A stretch of DNA of 64,000 nucleotides from assembly GCA_013265495.1 (NCBI GenBank), contig MU062948.1, positions 124,001 to 188,000 of the forward strand. Direction: 5' to 3'. Of this stretch, positions 11,250-22,440 are shown one piece after another (positions within the stretch are counted from its first letter, which is position 1; the number at the start of each line of letters is the position of its first letter). Source of the DNA: Vicugna vicugna. Its lineage: Eukaryota. The translations under genes were made by a program, and so were the position numbers. The notes under the pieces were generated by a model. It was not told where the DNA came from, did no database searches, and saw only the letters and a program-made list of their open reading frames with translations.

Positions 11250-12780
11250 CAACCAAACGTTGGCCCCGGCTGCCTGGCACGATCCGCGCGCGTTCTACCT
11301 GCTCCGGGGACACTCAGGAGGCGAAAAGTTCCCCCCCTTGCACTTCCCAGGCGCAGGGCCAGGCGGCGAGTGGGGCCACGGCCAGGGTCCCTGGACGAGG
11401 GGCAGGAGGGTTCCCGGGGCGCAGGCGGGGGAGGGGAGGGGAGGGCGCCGCCCCCACCCCCGGCTCGCCCCCTCTCGCCCCTCTTACCTTGAGCGATGGC
11501 AATGGACTCGAAGCGGTGTAGCTCCTTGAGCAGGCAGCTCCTCTCGGTGGAGTGCAGGCTGTAGATGAAGTCGCGAGCGCCCTGCGCCGTGTTCAGCGCC
11601 TCCATGGGCTCCTTCTTGGGGTGGGTGCCCAGCGCCCGGGGGCCGCCCGGGGCCGGGAGAGCCAGCAGCCCCCGCCCGCAGCAGCACCAGGACGGCGGCC
11701 GAGGCGCGGCGGCGGCCGGGCCCGGCCTCAGGCTGCGCGCGGTCCGGCTCCTCAGCAGCGGCAGCAGCCGGGACATGGCGGGCTGAGGAGCGGGGACCCC
11801 GCGGCAGCCCGGGAGGGAGATTTCTGGCGAGGCTGCGGGAAGAAGAAGCCGGGCTCAGCCCGACCCCGCCCCGATGTCCTCTTGACAGGCAGCCGAGACG
11901 CCGGGCACCATGCACTCCTCGGGCCCGCGCGACTGTAGCCTCTTCTTCCGTCTCTCTTCCCTTCCCAAAGGCCCACAGCGCCTCCGGTCCCTCCCGACGA
12001 CAAAAACTTTCTCAGAGGCGGCCGGGCCGGGAGAGCGCTCACGGAGAAGGCAGGCGGGTGGTGCGGGCGGGCGCCTCCCGGCCGAGGAGGAGCAGCGCGG
12101 GCGGGCGGGTTCGGCAAGGGTTTGTGTCTGTCAGTCTGATCTTCCAGAGGGATGAGTCAGCCACGCGCCGCCCTTCTCCGGCACCGCCCTCCTCTCTCGC
12201 CGGTTTTCCCACCCTCTTGCCTGCCCTCGTCCCCACTCCGTACCGCTCCCGCGCCCTCAAAGCAGCCGCGCTGTCAGGCCGCAGCCGTCGCCTCTACCCC
12301 TAGTGGTGGTATAAGGGGTAACAGGGCGGAGCGAAGAAAAGGGGCGGGGCGGGGCGGGGCCGCGCAGGCGCAGCGAGCAGTTCGCGGGCCGCGCTCCCTC
12401 CCGGGTAAGAAGCGTGCACGCGCGTCTCCACCGTCTCCGGTCCGTGAAGGTGGAGGGAGAGAGGGCGCGCCCCGCTTGCGCTAGCCTCCGCCACGTTTTA
12501 GTCCAGCGGAGGGAAAAAAGGAAGAGAGCTTTGAGTCCCTCGCTCGGCGAGGTAGTGCAGCTGTCATCCGGTCCACCTTAGCGCCATGCGTAACTCCTAG
12601 GCTGCTTCTGAACGATGCTCCAGGGTGCGGCCCATCTTCCCCGGCACGGGCAAGGCCGCAGCGCCCTGCTCAGGCTTTGGGGGATGGAAGCGCACAATCC
12701 GCGCCCTTTGCCAGGTCGGCGCGCATCTAGTTTTCGGCCACTCTTGTCTCTGAGGCACCCACTCTGGGAGCTCCAAAGGG
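11250..12780. promoter_or_regulatory. CpG island / promoter and 5' UTR of TMEM65
   Basis: Very high GC and CpG density around exon 1. (GGGGC)4 Sp/KLF boxes at 12341-12360, NRF1-like CGCGCAGGCGCA at 12361-12372, AP-1 TGAGTCA near 12153. Confidence 0.9.
11488..11776 (-). CDS. TMEM65: Transmembrane protein 65, coding exon 1 (96 codons + 1 nt, phase-1 donor); remaining exons lie outside the window
   Basis: Translation MSRLLPLLRSRTARSLRPGPAAAAPRPPSWCCCGRGLL...GTHPKKEPMEALNTAQGARDFIYSLHSTERSCLLKELHRFESIAIAQ matches mammalian TMEM65 as recalled. Kozak GCCATGT at 11776. Donor CAAG|GTAAGA at 11488/11487. The Arg-rich N-terminus is presequence-like. The ORF-track extension past 11488 is intron read-through. 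Confidence 0.97.
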
Positions 12781-13327
12781 AGGGCGACTCCAATTCTACC
12801 CCTTTCCAAGGAGAGCTTGAAACTGAGACCTTGGCACTGAGAACAACCTTTTTTGTTTTGATGTAATCAGCTTGCAGATTGTTAATGCTGGAACCTGAGG
12901 CAAGAATGTCACAGACCGCTTCCAGGCGTTTATCAAGGTTTGTTGATTTGGTCTTTTTTTTTTTTTTCCTCTATGCCAAGTTGGAAAGAATTCTGCGATT
13001 CTCCACTGTTTCCACGTGTCCATTCAAGGCCTAGGTCTTAGGATCTCCTATTGCAAGCTTTCATTTATCTCTTCCTAAGGGAGATGATCTTCACTTTATC
13101 TGAACCTGTGTAATGACACTTAGGCTTCCTGTCTTCTTAGAGAACGGATCTACTTAGAGAATAAATCTGCTCAAGTGTAATCAAGATCTAAATCCTGTTC
13201 TTATCATATCTGCTGCTACACCAAGCCCTAGACCTTGTATGCAATAGATACGCTATAAAAAATGTAAATGCGATATTACAAATGTGAGTCAAGGGGGTAT
13301 GTTATCACTAAATACTCCTACTGCTTC

Positions 13328-13500
13328 AACTTAGTGATTCTCAAAAGTGTGGTCCCTGGACAGCAGAGCTTATTAGACATGCAAATTAGTGTGCTCCACC
13401 AGAGACTTCCCTGAATTAGAAACTGGGAGTTGGCCCAGTCCTTTGTGTGCAAGCACTCCAGTTAATACCGATGCGCACAAAAGTTTGAGAATCACTGCTC
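13328..13500. mobile_element. MER5A-like MITE
   Basis: Inverted termini agtgattctcaaa ... tttgagaatcact with the MER5 core. Confidence 0.75.
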
Positions 13501-14110
13501 TAACTTAAACTTGGAAAGCATCTACATTTTTTTTTAAATTTCAGGGCAATGCCTCTGGTAAAATAATGCCCATTAAGAGTGTTCTCTGTGGAAATGCAAG
13601 TTCTTTAAGTGTAGAGACTTTGTCTTTGAAACCCCCAACACCTCCGGTGGGTGTTAGAATCTTCTGCAGAGTTATTTAAAGTCTCAAATTCTTAAGATTT
13701 CCACCACTTCCCCCCTCTATATCCCTTACCCTCAGGAGATTCTGACTTGGGCTTGGGGTGGGGCCTGGGAAGAGAGGCTTGAAAAAGCCCTTCAGTAAGA
13801 ATTTCCAGCAGCCCCCAGGACACCAGTTTTGTGTATGGGCTCCAGAAACATTGCTGAAAATTTGATAACTGGATCAAGCACTTCCTAGCTATGTTTTAGT
13901 GTTAGATTGAGTAGTGATCCCAATGAATCATGCCTAATGGTATCTACTCCCTTGTCCCACATGACTGGGCTTGGCTTTGTGACTTGCTCTAGCCGGTAAG
14001 TGGGCCATCACAACCATGCTTTGATAAGTGCTTGCTCCTTGGGGCTTGCTGTAATGTGTTTGCTGTCTGCTTTATGAATATTCAGTTCTGCTATAGCAAA
14101 TAAGAGAAAC

Positions 14111-14321
14111 TAAAATGTAGACACAATTTGCCTCAGTAAGTTAATTCTAGAGTTGGGGCCATAAAAGTTAGTGAAGAAGGAAGAAGATAACATTACCATA
14201 CCAATAAAGTTGAAGGTGTAATTATTTGCCTTTTGAAGCCAGTGGAGCTCTAGGAATAGGCGAAAAGTAAAATCATGTGAACTAATAATAATAATAATAA
14301 TAAAATGTAGACACAATTTGC
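14111..14321 (+). mobile_element. Unidentified retroposed insert (14132-14300) with 21-bp TSD and (TAA)n tail
   Basis: TAAAATGTAGACACAATTTGC occurs at both 14111-14131 and 14301-14321; the insert ends in taataataataataataa. Confidence 0.75.
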
Positions 14322-14929
14322 TTATGAGACATGTTATACAGAATAAACGAATGTGTGTTGAACATAGATAAAAAGGATGGAACAAATGAAAGTGCTACTT
14401 TAGAAAGGAGATAGGCCAAGTGAACTTTAAATATTAGTAAGGCATGAATCATACTACCTCTAGACTGACAACTAGGTCATCCCTAAATTGGTCACCTACT
14501 AGTGAAACCCATTATAGCCCCATTATGGCTTCATATAGTTTCTCTGCACAAGAAAGGCAGATAAATCCCTTGCTACTCAGTCAGTTAATGGCCATCTACA
14601 GTTATGACCCAACACACATGCCTCTTATCACTCAGATGTGTGACAGAACAGATATATGTTGGTTCCAGGCCCCTTCAATCTGCCTAAACCCCTCACTCTC
14701 CACTCTGGTCCTTAAAACCATGCCATCTGTGGAACTGTACAGCAGAGAGGTTAGGACATAAAAATACTGCATAAAACAAAATTTAGGTACCATAGTCCTC
14801 ACCCTGCTTATACCCTATTCTAAACTTGTTTATCTATCTCTTTTCCCCATGCTGCTCACTGTGTTCTAAATTAGTTGATAAACTGGGTTACTATTGCTGC
14901 TCTTTGAGTGAACACGTTATACCAAACTT

Positions 14930-15811
14930 GGAATAGCTAGTTTATTTTGCTCCTGATTTTGTGCCAGAAATTCAGAAAGGACTTGCTTGGGCAGTTATTT
15001 GAGTCTCTCATCAGGTATCATTTGCAGCTGCTGTTGTTTGAAGCCTCATCTAGGCTGGACATCTACGGTGGTACACTCATGTGTCTGACAGTTGATGCTG
15101 GCTGTTGCCCAGGTGGGAGCTCAGCTAGGGCTGCGAACCAGAGTGCCTTACACACCCCTCTAGCATGGCAGACTTCTCACATGGCAGCTGGCTTCCCTGA
15201 GAGCAAATGTTTATAAAGAACCAGGTTCATCGCCTTTTCTTGTTACGGAAATGACAGGCCAGCCAAGAAACAAGCACCACTCGGAGGGTTGGAGTACTCA
15301 GATTTATTACGCCGGCGGGCTCAGAGGGGCTTCTGCTCCGAAGCTCTGAGCACCTCCAAGACGTGCACATGAGGTTTTATAGGGTTAATTACAAGTATGG
15401 GGCTATTAGCCAATAAGGTTCAAACAACAAAAAGCAAGGAATCAGTACACTGGAGCTTATCAATTTGGAACAGATCACGTTACTGACACTTGTTGAGCTT
15501 GGATTTACGAGTTAGCTTGTTAGCCCAGTAAACTGACACTAAACTTTAGATTTACAAGTTAGCCCAGCAGAACTTATATCAGTAAACCGACACTTATCAC
15601 ACTTAGATTTGTGACTGAGCTCGTTAGCCCAGCTGGGCTTTTCCTTCACATTCTGACTTATCCTAAGAAGTCATGCAGCATCAATTCCACTGCCACTCAA
15701 TACCAGCAAGCCACTAAGGCCGGCCCAGATTAAAGAGAAGGGGATGTGGACCCCCACCTCTCAAGGGGAGCAATGTCAAAGAATTTGGGAACATGTTTTA
15801 AAGCTGCCACA
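14930..15811 (-). mobile_element. MLT1J/K-like LTR, split by an ERV1 LTR
   Basis: gatgctggctgttg...ggagctcagctagggctg, ctcacatggcagctggcttccctgagagc; resumes after 15654 and ends aagctgccaca. Confidence 0.65.
15241..15650 (-). mobile_element. Young ERV1-type solo LTR (410 bp)
   Basis: TG...CA termini; 4-bp TSD TTCT at 15237-15240 and 15651-15654. On the minus strand: ATTGG at 15414-15410, TATAAAA at 15381-15375, AATAAA at 15308-15303. CpGs retained. Confidence 0.9.
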
Positions 15812-16094
15812 TAATATGTTTCAAGCATCTTAATTTGTTCTGTAAGCCTATCTGTTCCATGACCTATGGTACAACCTGTCTGGTGGTATACTTGGAGGCT
15901 GCCATTGCATCAAAATAATTTCCTGCATAGCATTTGCTGTCTTGGAATTTGGCTGCTGTATAAAAAAATCTAGAGCATCATGCTGGAAAGGGCACATGGA
16001 GGAGGAGGTGACAGGCAATAGCCCCAGCTAACTACCAGGCACATGCATGAGGCCATCTTGGACTGTCCAGTCCCAAGGAAGCCCCAGATGACAG

Positions 16095-16375
16095 CATTGC
16101 AAAGTGGTTGAGAACATTTGCTCTGGAGCCAGACTGCCTAGGTTTGAGTCCCCACTCTGCCATTTCCTAGCTATATCGCCTTGAGCTAATGACTCAGCCT
16201 TTGCATGACTGCTCATCTCTTTGATGGGGATAAGGGCGTGTTGCTAGGTTTGCTCATCTGTTAAATGGAGGTAAGGGCATCTGTTTTAGAGGGTTATAGT
16301 GAAACTAAATACATGCAAAGCATTTTAAGCAGCACCTGGAACATGTAAGTGATCAAGAAATATTAGCTATTATTA
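16095..16375. mobile_element. MIR SINE
   Basis: tctggagccagactgcctaggtttgagtccc..., ctcatctgttaaatgg, atgcaaagcatttt. Confidence 0.7.
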
Positions 16376-19300
16376 TCCAAATTCCCAAAGACCTCTCAAA
16401 TCCATAGGATTATTTCTTTGGACCCAAATTTGAGAAATATCTATGTAGCCATCTGTCATTTAATGCACATGTAATGTGTGCTAACTGGATCCCCTATCCA
16501 CTCTTTCTTTGAACCCTTTAATACCCTAAATATGAATAAATGGAGGAGATGAGGAGGGGGAGCACTTACGGGGACAGATATGGAGCCATGGAGAAATGTA
16601 AGGATAAGGCAGGTCTAGCTGTGAGTGGCAAGGGGAAGGTTCTGAAGCAATGTGAGGGTGCTGAAGAGGCAGTGCCAACAGGTTGGAGAAGGTTACAGAA
16701 ATGGAAGAGGGAGAGAAGGAGGGCCTGGAAGCCAATCTTGGCCTGGGTTCAGCCTAGCCTGCCCTTCACTTTTAAAGATGACAAATGTCATGCCTCAGTT
16801 AACATTCACAGTCTCCTCCTTACGAAAAATTGCTGCTGAATCAATAGTGCACCATGCAAGTACTCTCCAGAGATCCTGGCATCCCTGTTGCTGGCAGGGC
16901 CCAGGGCAGTTTGCTGTCTACATATTATAATACATTATCCACCCAGCCACTGCCATCCACTTTAAAATTCTTGAAATTGTTGCTTTACTTGGTGGGTCCT
17001 TCAGTCATTTCTTCTGCCCACATTTTTACCGTTCTTTTATTGTACTTCTCATCCATTGAGTCTTAGAATTCTGACCCCTGAAATTCCCCTGCCCCATCAG
17101 GGTTGTGGTGATCAATTACTGCTTCACAATGAAAAGTCTTATTAGAAAAATTAAAGAAGACTAAAATAGATGGAGGAAAATACCAATTCACATTTGGAAA
17201 ATTCCATAGTAAAAGATGTCAGTTCTCCCCAAATTAATCTATAAATTCAGGGCAGTCCCAAGCAGAATCCCAGCTGAGTCTGTGTCTCTATGTGTGTGTT
17301 TGAATTTGTCAATTTGATACTAAAGTTTATATTGAAATGCAAATATAGGCAGTATAGCAGACCAGAAAGCGCATGAATCCCACTGAGTTCAAATCCTAAC
17401 TCTTAACACCTACTAACTGTGTCAATTTGAACAAGTTGTCTATCATGCAAAGTCGTGGTTTGGGGGTTTCTTATTATTTCTTAAAATACTACCCTACATA
17501 AGCATAAGATGAGTTGATGTATGTAAAACACATGACATGATGCCTAACATGTAGAGGGGCTCAAGAAATGATAAGGTAGTATTGACAGGCATTTAGATTA
17601 AAAAATTAGTGTCAGCAGTAAACATGTATCTCAAAGTATCAGAGGTTTTTGTAACTTCAGAACTGAAAGAAAGAGAATCCAACTAGATCTCTGTTTTCTC
17701 AGCGTTTCTTCCCTCTCCAGTGCCCCACAGTGGAGCTGTTTTATTTCCAAAGGACAAGGCAGGAATTACAGATTTGAGAGCCATCAGCATCCAGGTATGA
17801 TATAAAGCTATAGAACTGGCCAGGTTTCTGGTAAAGTAAAGATGGAGATTAGAGGAGAACCTGGGATCGACTCTGGGACCCTTCACCACTGAGAACTGGA
17901 AGAGGCAGAGGAGTCAGCAAAGTAGGGGGAAAACCAGAGGACAATGGTGTTTATTGTCCTTCCTTCTGTCCCTATCATTAGAACGATGTTCGCCTAATAT
18001 AATACTGGTCATCATTATTCTTCGAATACTGGATGATTTTTTTTAACTTTCCCCTTTGCACTTGTCGCTGTTGCTTGTTTATAATAAGTGTATATAATTT
18101 AAATGAAAAGAAAGCTTTACTCTAAAGAAAGGAACTACAGAACACTTTTGGTATGAAGAACACTCGGAAAATCCAAAATTAATCCCAAAGAGACAATCTC
18201 TCTTTTGAATCCTTTGCATTCCTCTCCACCAGTCAATCATTACTGCCGCTCATCACCACCTCATTTTGGTACTTCATTTTAAACAATTTGATCTACGTGT
18301 TGGAAGGTGCCCATCACAGGGCAAGAAATAGTGTCTCATGAGAGCAGTTTGGAAAATATGAGAGGAGCTATCAATTGGAGCTCAGAAGTCCTGTGTCAGT
18401 TTCATACTCCAAGATGTTCATGTTCATCTGCCCACAGTGTACCTGTAAGCAACAAGAGTGTGCCTGTCCCACACCTCACATGAAAAGTGCATGTGCACAC
18501 CTAATACCCACTCACATGAACACACACATACACGCATGCACACACCCTTACTGACTCCTTCTGGGCAATATGTTGTAACTCTTCCCCCTTCCAAGTTGCC
18601 CGTTTTGTTTGAGATCGGGCCAGAATGTTGACCAAGGTAAATATAAACAATAGGGCTATGAAACGACTTCTCTTCAAACTTTAGTGAGGCTTCCAAATAT
18701 TTAGATGCCACAAGAACTGTTTTTGAAAAATTGCTCCAACTTTGAGCCCAGCAGGAGGGTCAGTGGAAGGATTTTTGAATGTTTCTATTTGTCTTTGAAG
18801 GAAAATAAGGCATCAATTCAGACTCTTCTGAACCTCTTTTTAAAGAGGCTTATTAAATCTTCTACCACATATTTGAATTCAAATAATATTGCCCCCCCAT
18901 ACTAGCCACTGACCTAGGACTGGAAATTAAAAATTCTTTTTTTTGCTTAAGGCCAGATTTTCTGTTTTAAATGGAATATTTTCACTGTTGTCAGTTACTA
19001 CTTTTCAACAGAATCAGTTCTCAAGGGCTGAGAGGATTGCTCTTCCTTGTGCCCTTGAAGTTAGGTGAGGCCATGTGACTTCTTTGGCCAATGAATGGGA
19101 AACCTGACATTTTCACCTCCAAATGCAGGCACTTGATTGTCTGCAGTCAGCTGTGCTGCTCTCTCCTCTCAGCATGGTGAGATCCACAGTATGTGCTGAA
19201 ATGAAAGTTTCATGAAATTGAGGAGGTGGGGAGTAGTGAGCCAACATAAGACGACCACTGTCCTGGAGAGTTGCTCCAGTTCACGGCAGATTTTGCATGA

Positions 19301-20049
19301 CTAGTGCAGCTCCTACTTGACTCTGTTTCCTACTTTTATAAAGTTAAGTGCCTTCCTTCACTCCTATTTTCTTTATCTATAAGGAAGCCTGTTTTGGCCC
19401 CAGAGTGTTTGTTTTTCCTTGGGATTGAAATATGGGGAAACAGGATCCTCTTATTCTTTGTCTGGTTTCTGAGCTTTATATGGGTATGGAGCCACAGGCA
19501 AAGATTTGGGAGTCAACAGCCTTAAGGAAGTCATTAAACCCATGCATTGGATGACATTGTCTATAAAAAATGTATAAATGAAAACGTAAAAGGACAGAGA
19601 TTTGGGAAACAATAGCAGCAGTTAAGGGACAAGCAGTGGAAGAAGAAAGAAGAGGGGGAGAGGTAATGCAGAAAGAAAACAAAAAGCAACTTGGTGGCCA
19701 TAAAAGCCAAAGGATAATAAAGTTTCTAGAATGAGTAGTCTGGAGTTTCAAGTGCAGTGGCAAAATTGAGCATCTGAAGGACCAGATAATACTCACTAGA
19801 AATGGTGGGTTGAATGTCAGTGGGTGAAAAAAGACAGTTCCTCAAGCACAGAGTTAATGGGAGAATAGATGACATCAACACTGTAATAATACAAGGTGAG
19901 AAGCAGATAGAGGAGTGGTAACTAACCCAACGGATCAGAGGGAGGTGAAAACCAAGCTGAAATGGAACAACCTAGAAGGTTCATTCAAGTAACAACCTCA
20001 AAAAAGTACAAGAATTGGAGGCACCACGTACCTATAAAGGTAGACATGT

Positions 20050-20400
20050 GGTTGAGCCAAAAATAGAAGAATTATAGAACCAGGTCAGGAGGTGCAAGAG
20101 AGTTAAAGAAGATAAAACGGTTTTGAAAATGTAAGGGAGAAAATTGTCAAAGAAATGTCTGAAGGAATGTTCCCCCAAATGAAGGTCATTTGTTCCCAGA
20201 TCGAGAGAGTTCATTGAGGGCTCAGAACGCTAGATGAAAAAAGACCCATTCCAAAGCCTGTCATCATGACATTTCAGATCACTAGGAACCAAGAAAAGAG
20301 TCTAAAAAGTTCCCAGCAGCAAAGTTAGTGGTTGTCAAGGGAAGTTCAATAAAAGGAATCCCATTTCAGAATGGCTTCAGACTCAACAGCAGTGCTGGCC
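20050..20400 (+). mobile_element. HAL1 / old L1 ORF1 remnant
   Basis: Degenerate ORF1-like text (aagacccattccaaagcctgtcatcatgacatttcaga...aaaggaatccc...agaatggcttcagact). Confidence 0.45.
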
Positions 20401-21629
20401 TTCTTTGCTCTGAGATTTCCTCTCTCTACCAAAGAAGAATTCAGGCAATTAATACCACTAAAGTGAATGGATTGGGGCTTGCAATTACATCACTTAAAAG
20501 TAATGGTATTCACAGGATATCCAGTATAGCAAACTTTATCAGTAAATAATAAAAGGCTTAGCTCAGTGCTATCAATTCATAGTGAATTGCTGAAATTATT
20601 CTCCAGTAAATACTCTCTTTTTTTGCAATCTATAATTTATCAATGGCTGAAATTCTAAGAATTAGCTAGGTAAATTATTTGTTTGCAGCCTGGGGTGTGT
20701 TTGTTCAAGAAAATTACTCTTCTCAGTGGTGACATGTCAATCAAGGCAGGAAAAAAAAAACACCTGAATTTAGTACCGTACTGATATTAGGCCCCCATGA
20801 TTCACACTGCCTGCCTCTGTTAAAAAAAAAAAATCAACTATAGACTTCCAGAAAATTGTTTCTGGGCAGCAATCCTTCCTTCACCCTACCCTATCCTCCT
20901 GGGCTCCAGTGCTTTTGGATTTCATTTTTGAAAATTGTTTGGTTCTTGCCTTTTCTTCTTGCCACAACATTAAATAGGCCAACATAAAGTGGAGAAAGTT
21001 TCTGTAAATTGAGCAGCAGGTTAAGAGGATGACTCAGTCAGGCGGCTTTACAATTTCTCATCTGTATTCAACTTCAGTGGAGGAGTGGATGAAATTTTTG
21101 CCAAATGTTCCAGTGAACCCCATCAACTTCACAGTAGTCTAAATCTCAGGCCAAAGAGCAGAATTGTCTTTATAAATTGCAATCAGAACTTCCAAGAAAC
21201 ATTAAAATGAACAGTGTTTTCTAATAAATACTACGTACATGAATGGATTGTTAAAGTTGGGTGGGAAGATGAAGATCACCTAGTCCCATCCGTTCCTGCC
21301 TCCCAAGAGAAGATTGGTATATGGAGATTAAATAACCTACCCAAGGTCATGCAGTGGTAGAGCCAAGGTTCCGCATGACTGCTCTATCCCACAGAGAACA
21401 GAAGAACCTATGTTGATGTTCCTGTCACAGTGGAGCCAAGAGACTGCTTTATGGTTCTCAGTAAAGATTTGTTGAATAAATGGGACTCCCTTACCTTGAA
21501 GTTCTAGCCTTGTTTTGATCCATAAAAAGTATTCGTGTCCTTGAACTTAAGCTAGACACAAATTCTAATGACTCAAACTGACCCTTGATGAATTTTGCCT
21601 ATTGGTTCAGAGCAAAGGCTCTCCTGCCT

Positions 21630-21900
21630 CCTGGGAGTCCATGGATAAAATCCAGAAAGTCCATAAACTTGAATGGGAAAAAGTTACATCTTTACTGTCA
21701 CTAGCCTCTAGCTGAAATTTAGCAATGTCTTCAATGATGGATTCAGGCAACAAACCACAGTATCATTAGTACTGACCACCCAGTAGTAATCACAGATGCT
21801 TTATATTACATTAAAATGTTTGCAGATACTTGAAAATATTTTTTATACTCTACGTTACTTCAACATTATGGGAGTTACTGGCCCCAACATGGACCGTGTT
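21630..21900. mobile_element. hAT-Charlie-like DNA transposon fragment
   Basis: ccatggataaaatccag...ccataaacttgaatgggaaaaagttacatc resembles Charlie-family internal sequence. Confidence 0.45.
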
Positions 21901-21959
21901 ATTTAACACAGTCATAAAGAGTCACATATATCACTATATCACAAATTGGTTGCTATAGC

Positions 21960-22440
21960 TTTTTAGTAGACATAGTAATGATTCCCCAAAGATGTCCATC
22001 CTAATCCTCAGTATGTGAATATGTTACCATACATGACAGAAGTAACTTTTCCAGCGTGATTGAATTAAGGGTCCCGGCATGATTAGATTATCCTGGGTTA
22101 GCCACATGGGCCCAGTCTGGTCACAGAAGTCCCTAACACGGGAAAAGGGAGAGAGGAGAATCAGAGCGAGGGAGATAAGAACATGGAACAGAGTGATGCA
22201 ATTGCTGGCTGGGTGTCATGAGCCAAAGAATGTGGGCAGTGTCTAAAAGCTGAGAAAGGCAAGGAAACAAGATTCTCTCCTAGAGCCTCCAGAAGGAGCG
22301 CAGCAATGTCGACACCTTGATTTTAGTGTCACAAGACTTGCTCTAGACTTCTGACCTCTGGACCTGTCAGATAATAAATTTATGTTGCTTTAAGTCATTA
22401 CGTTTGTTGTCATTTTTCCTAGCAATAGGAAACTAACACA
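21960..22440 (+). mobile_element. MLT1D-like LTR
   Basis: aaagatgtccatcctaatcc, attctctcctagagcctccagaagga, end ggaaactaacaCA. Confidence 0.85.

Larger units (their letters stand above)
1..11487 (-). other. TMEM65: TMEM65 intron 1 (partial)
   Basis: Begins at the GT donor 11487. No match to the expected short exon 2 (EKLEAPPP...) seen in 1-11487; the region is AT-rich and repeat-filled. Confidence 0.8.

Noticed and set aside
11195-11487. C-terminal half of the 193-aa ORF-track TMEM65 product
   Set aside because: Read-through past the GTAAGA donor into GC-rich intron 1.
11260-12866. Numerous overlapping 60-140 aa ORFs in the TMEM65 CpG island (likewise 56943-58539 at RNF139)
   Set aside because: GC-rich DNA is depleted of stop codons; the products are low-complexity Pro/Gly/Arg/Ala.
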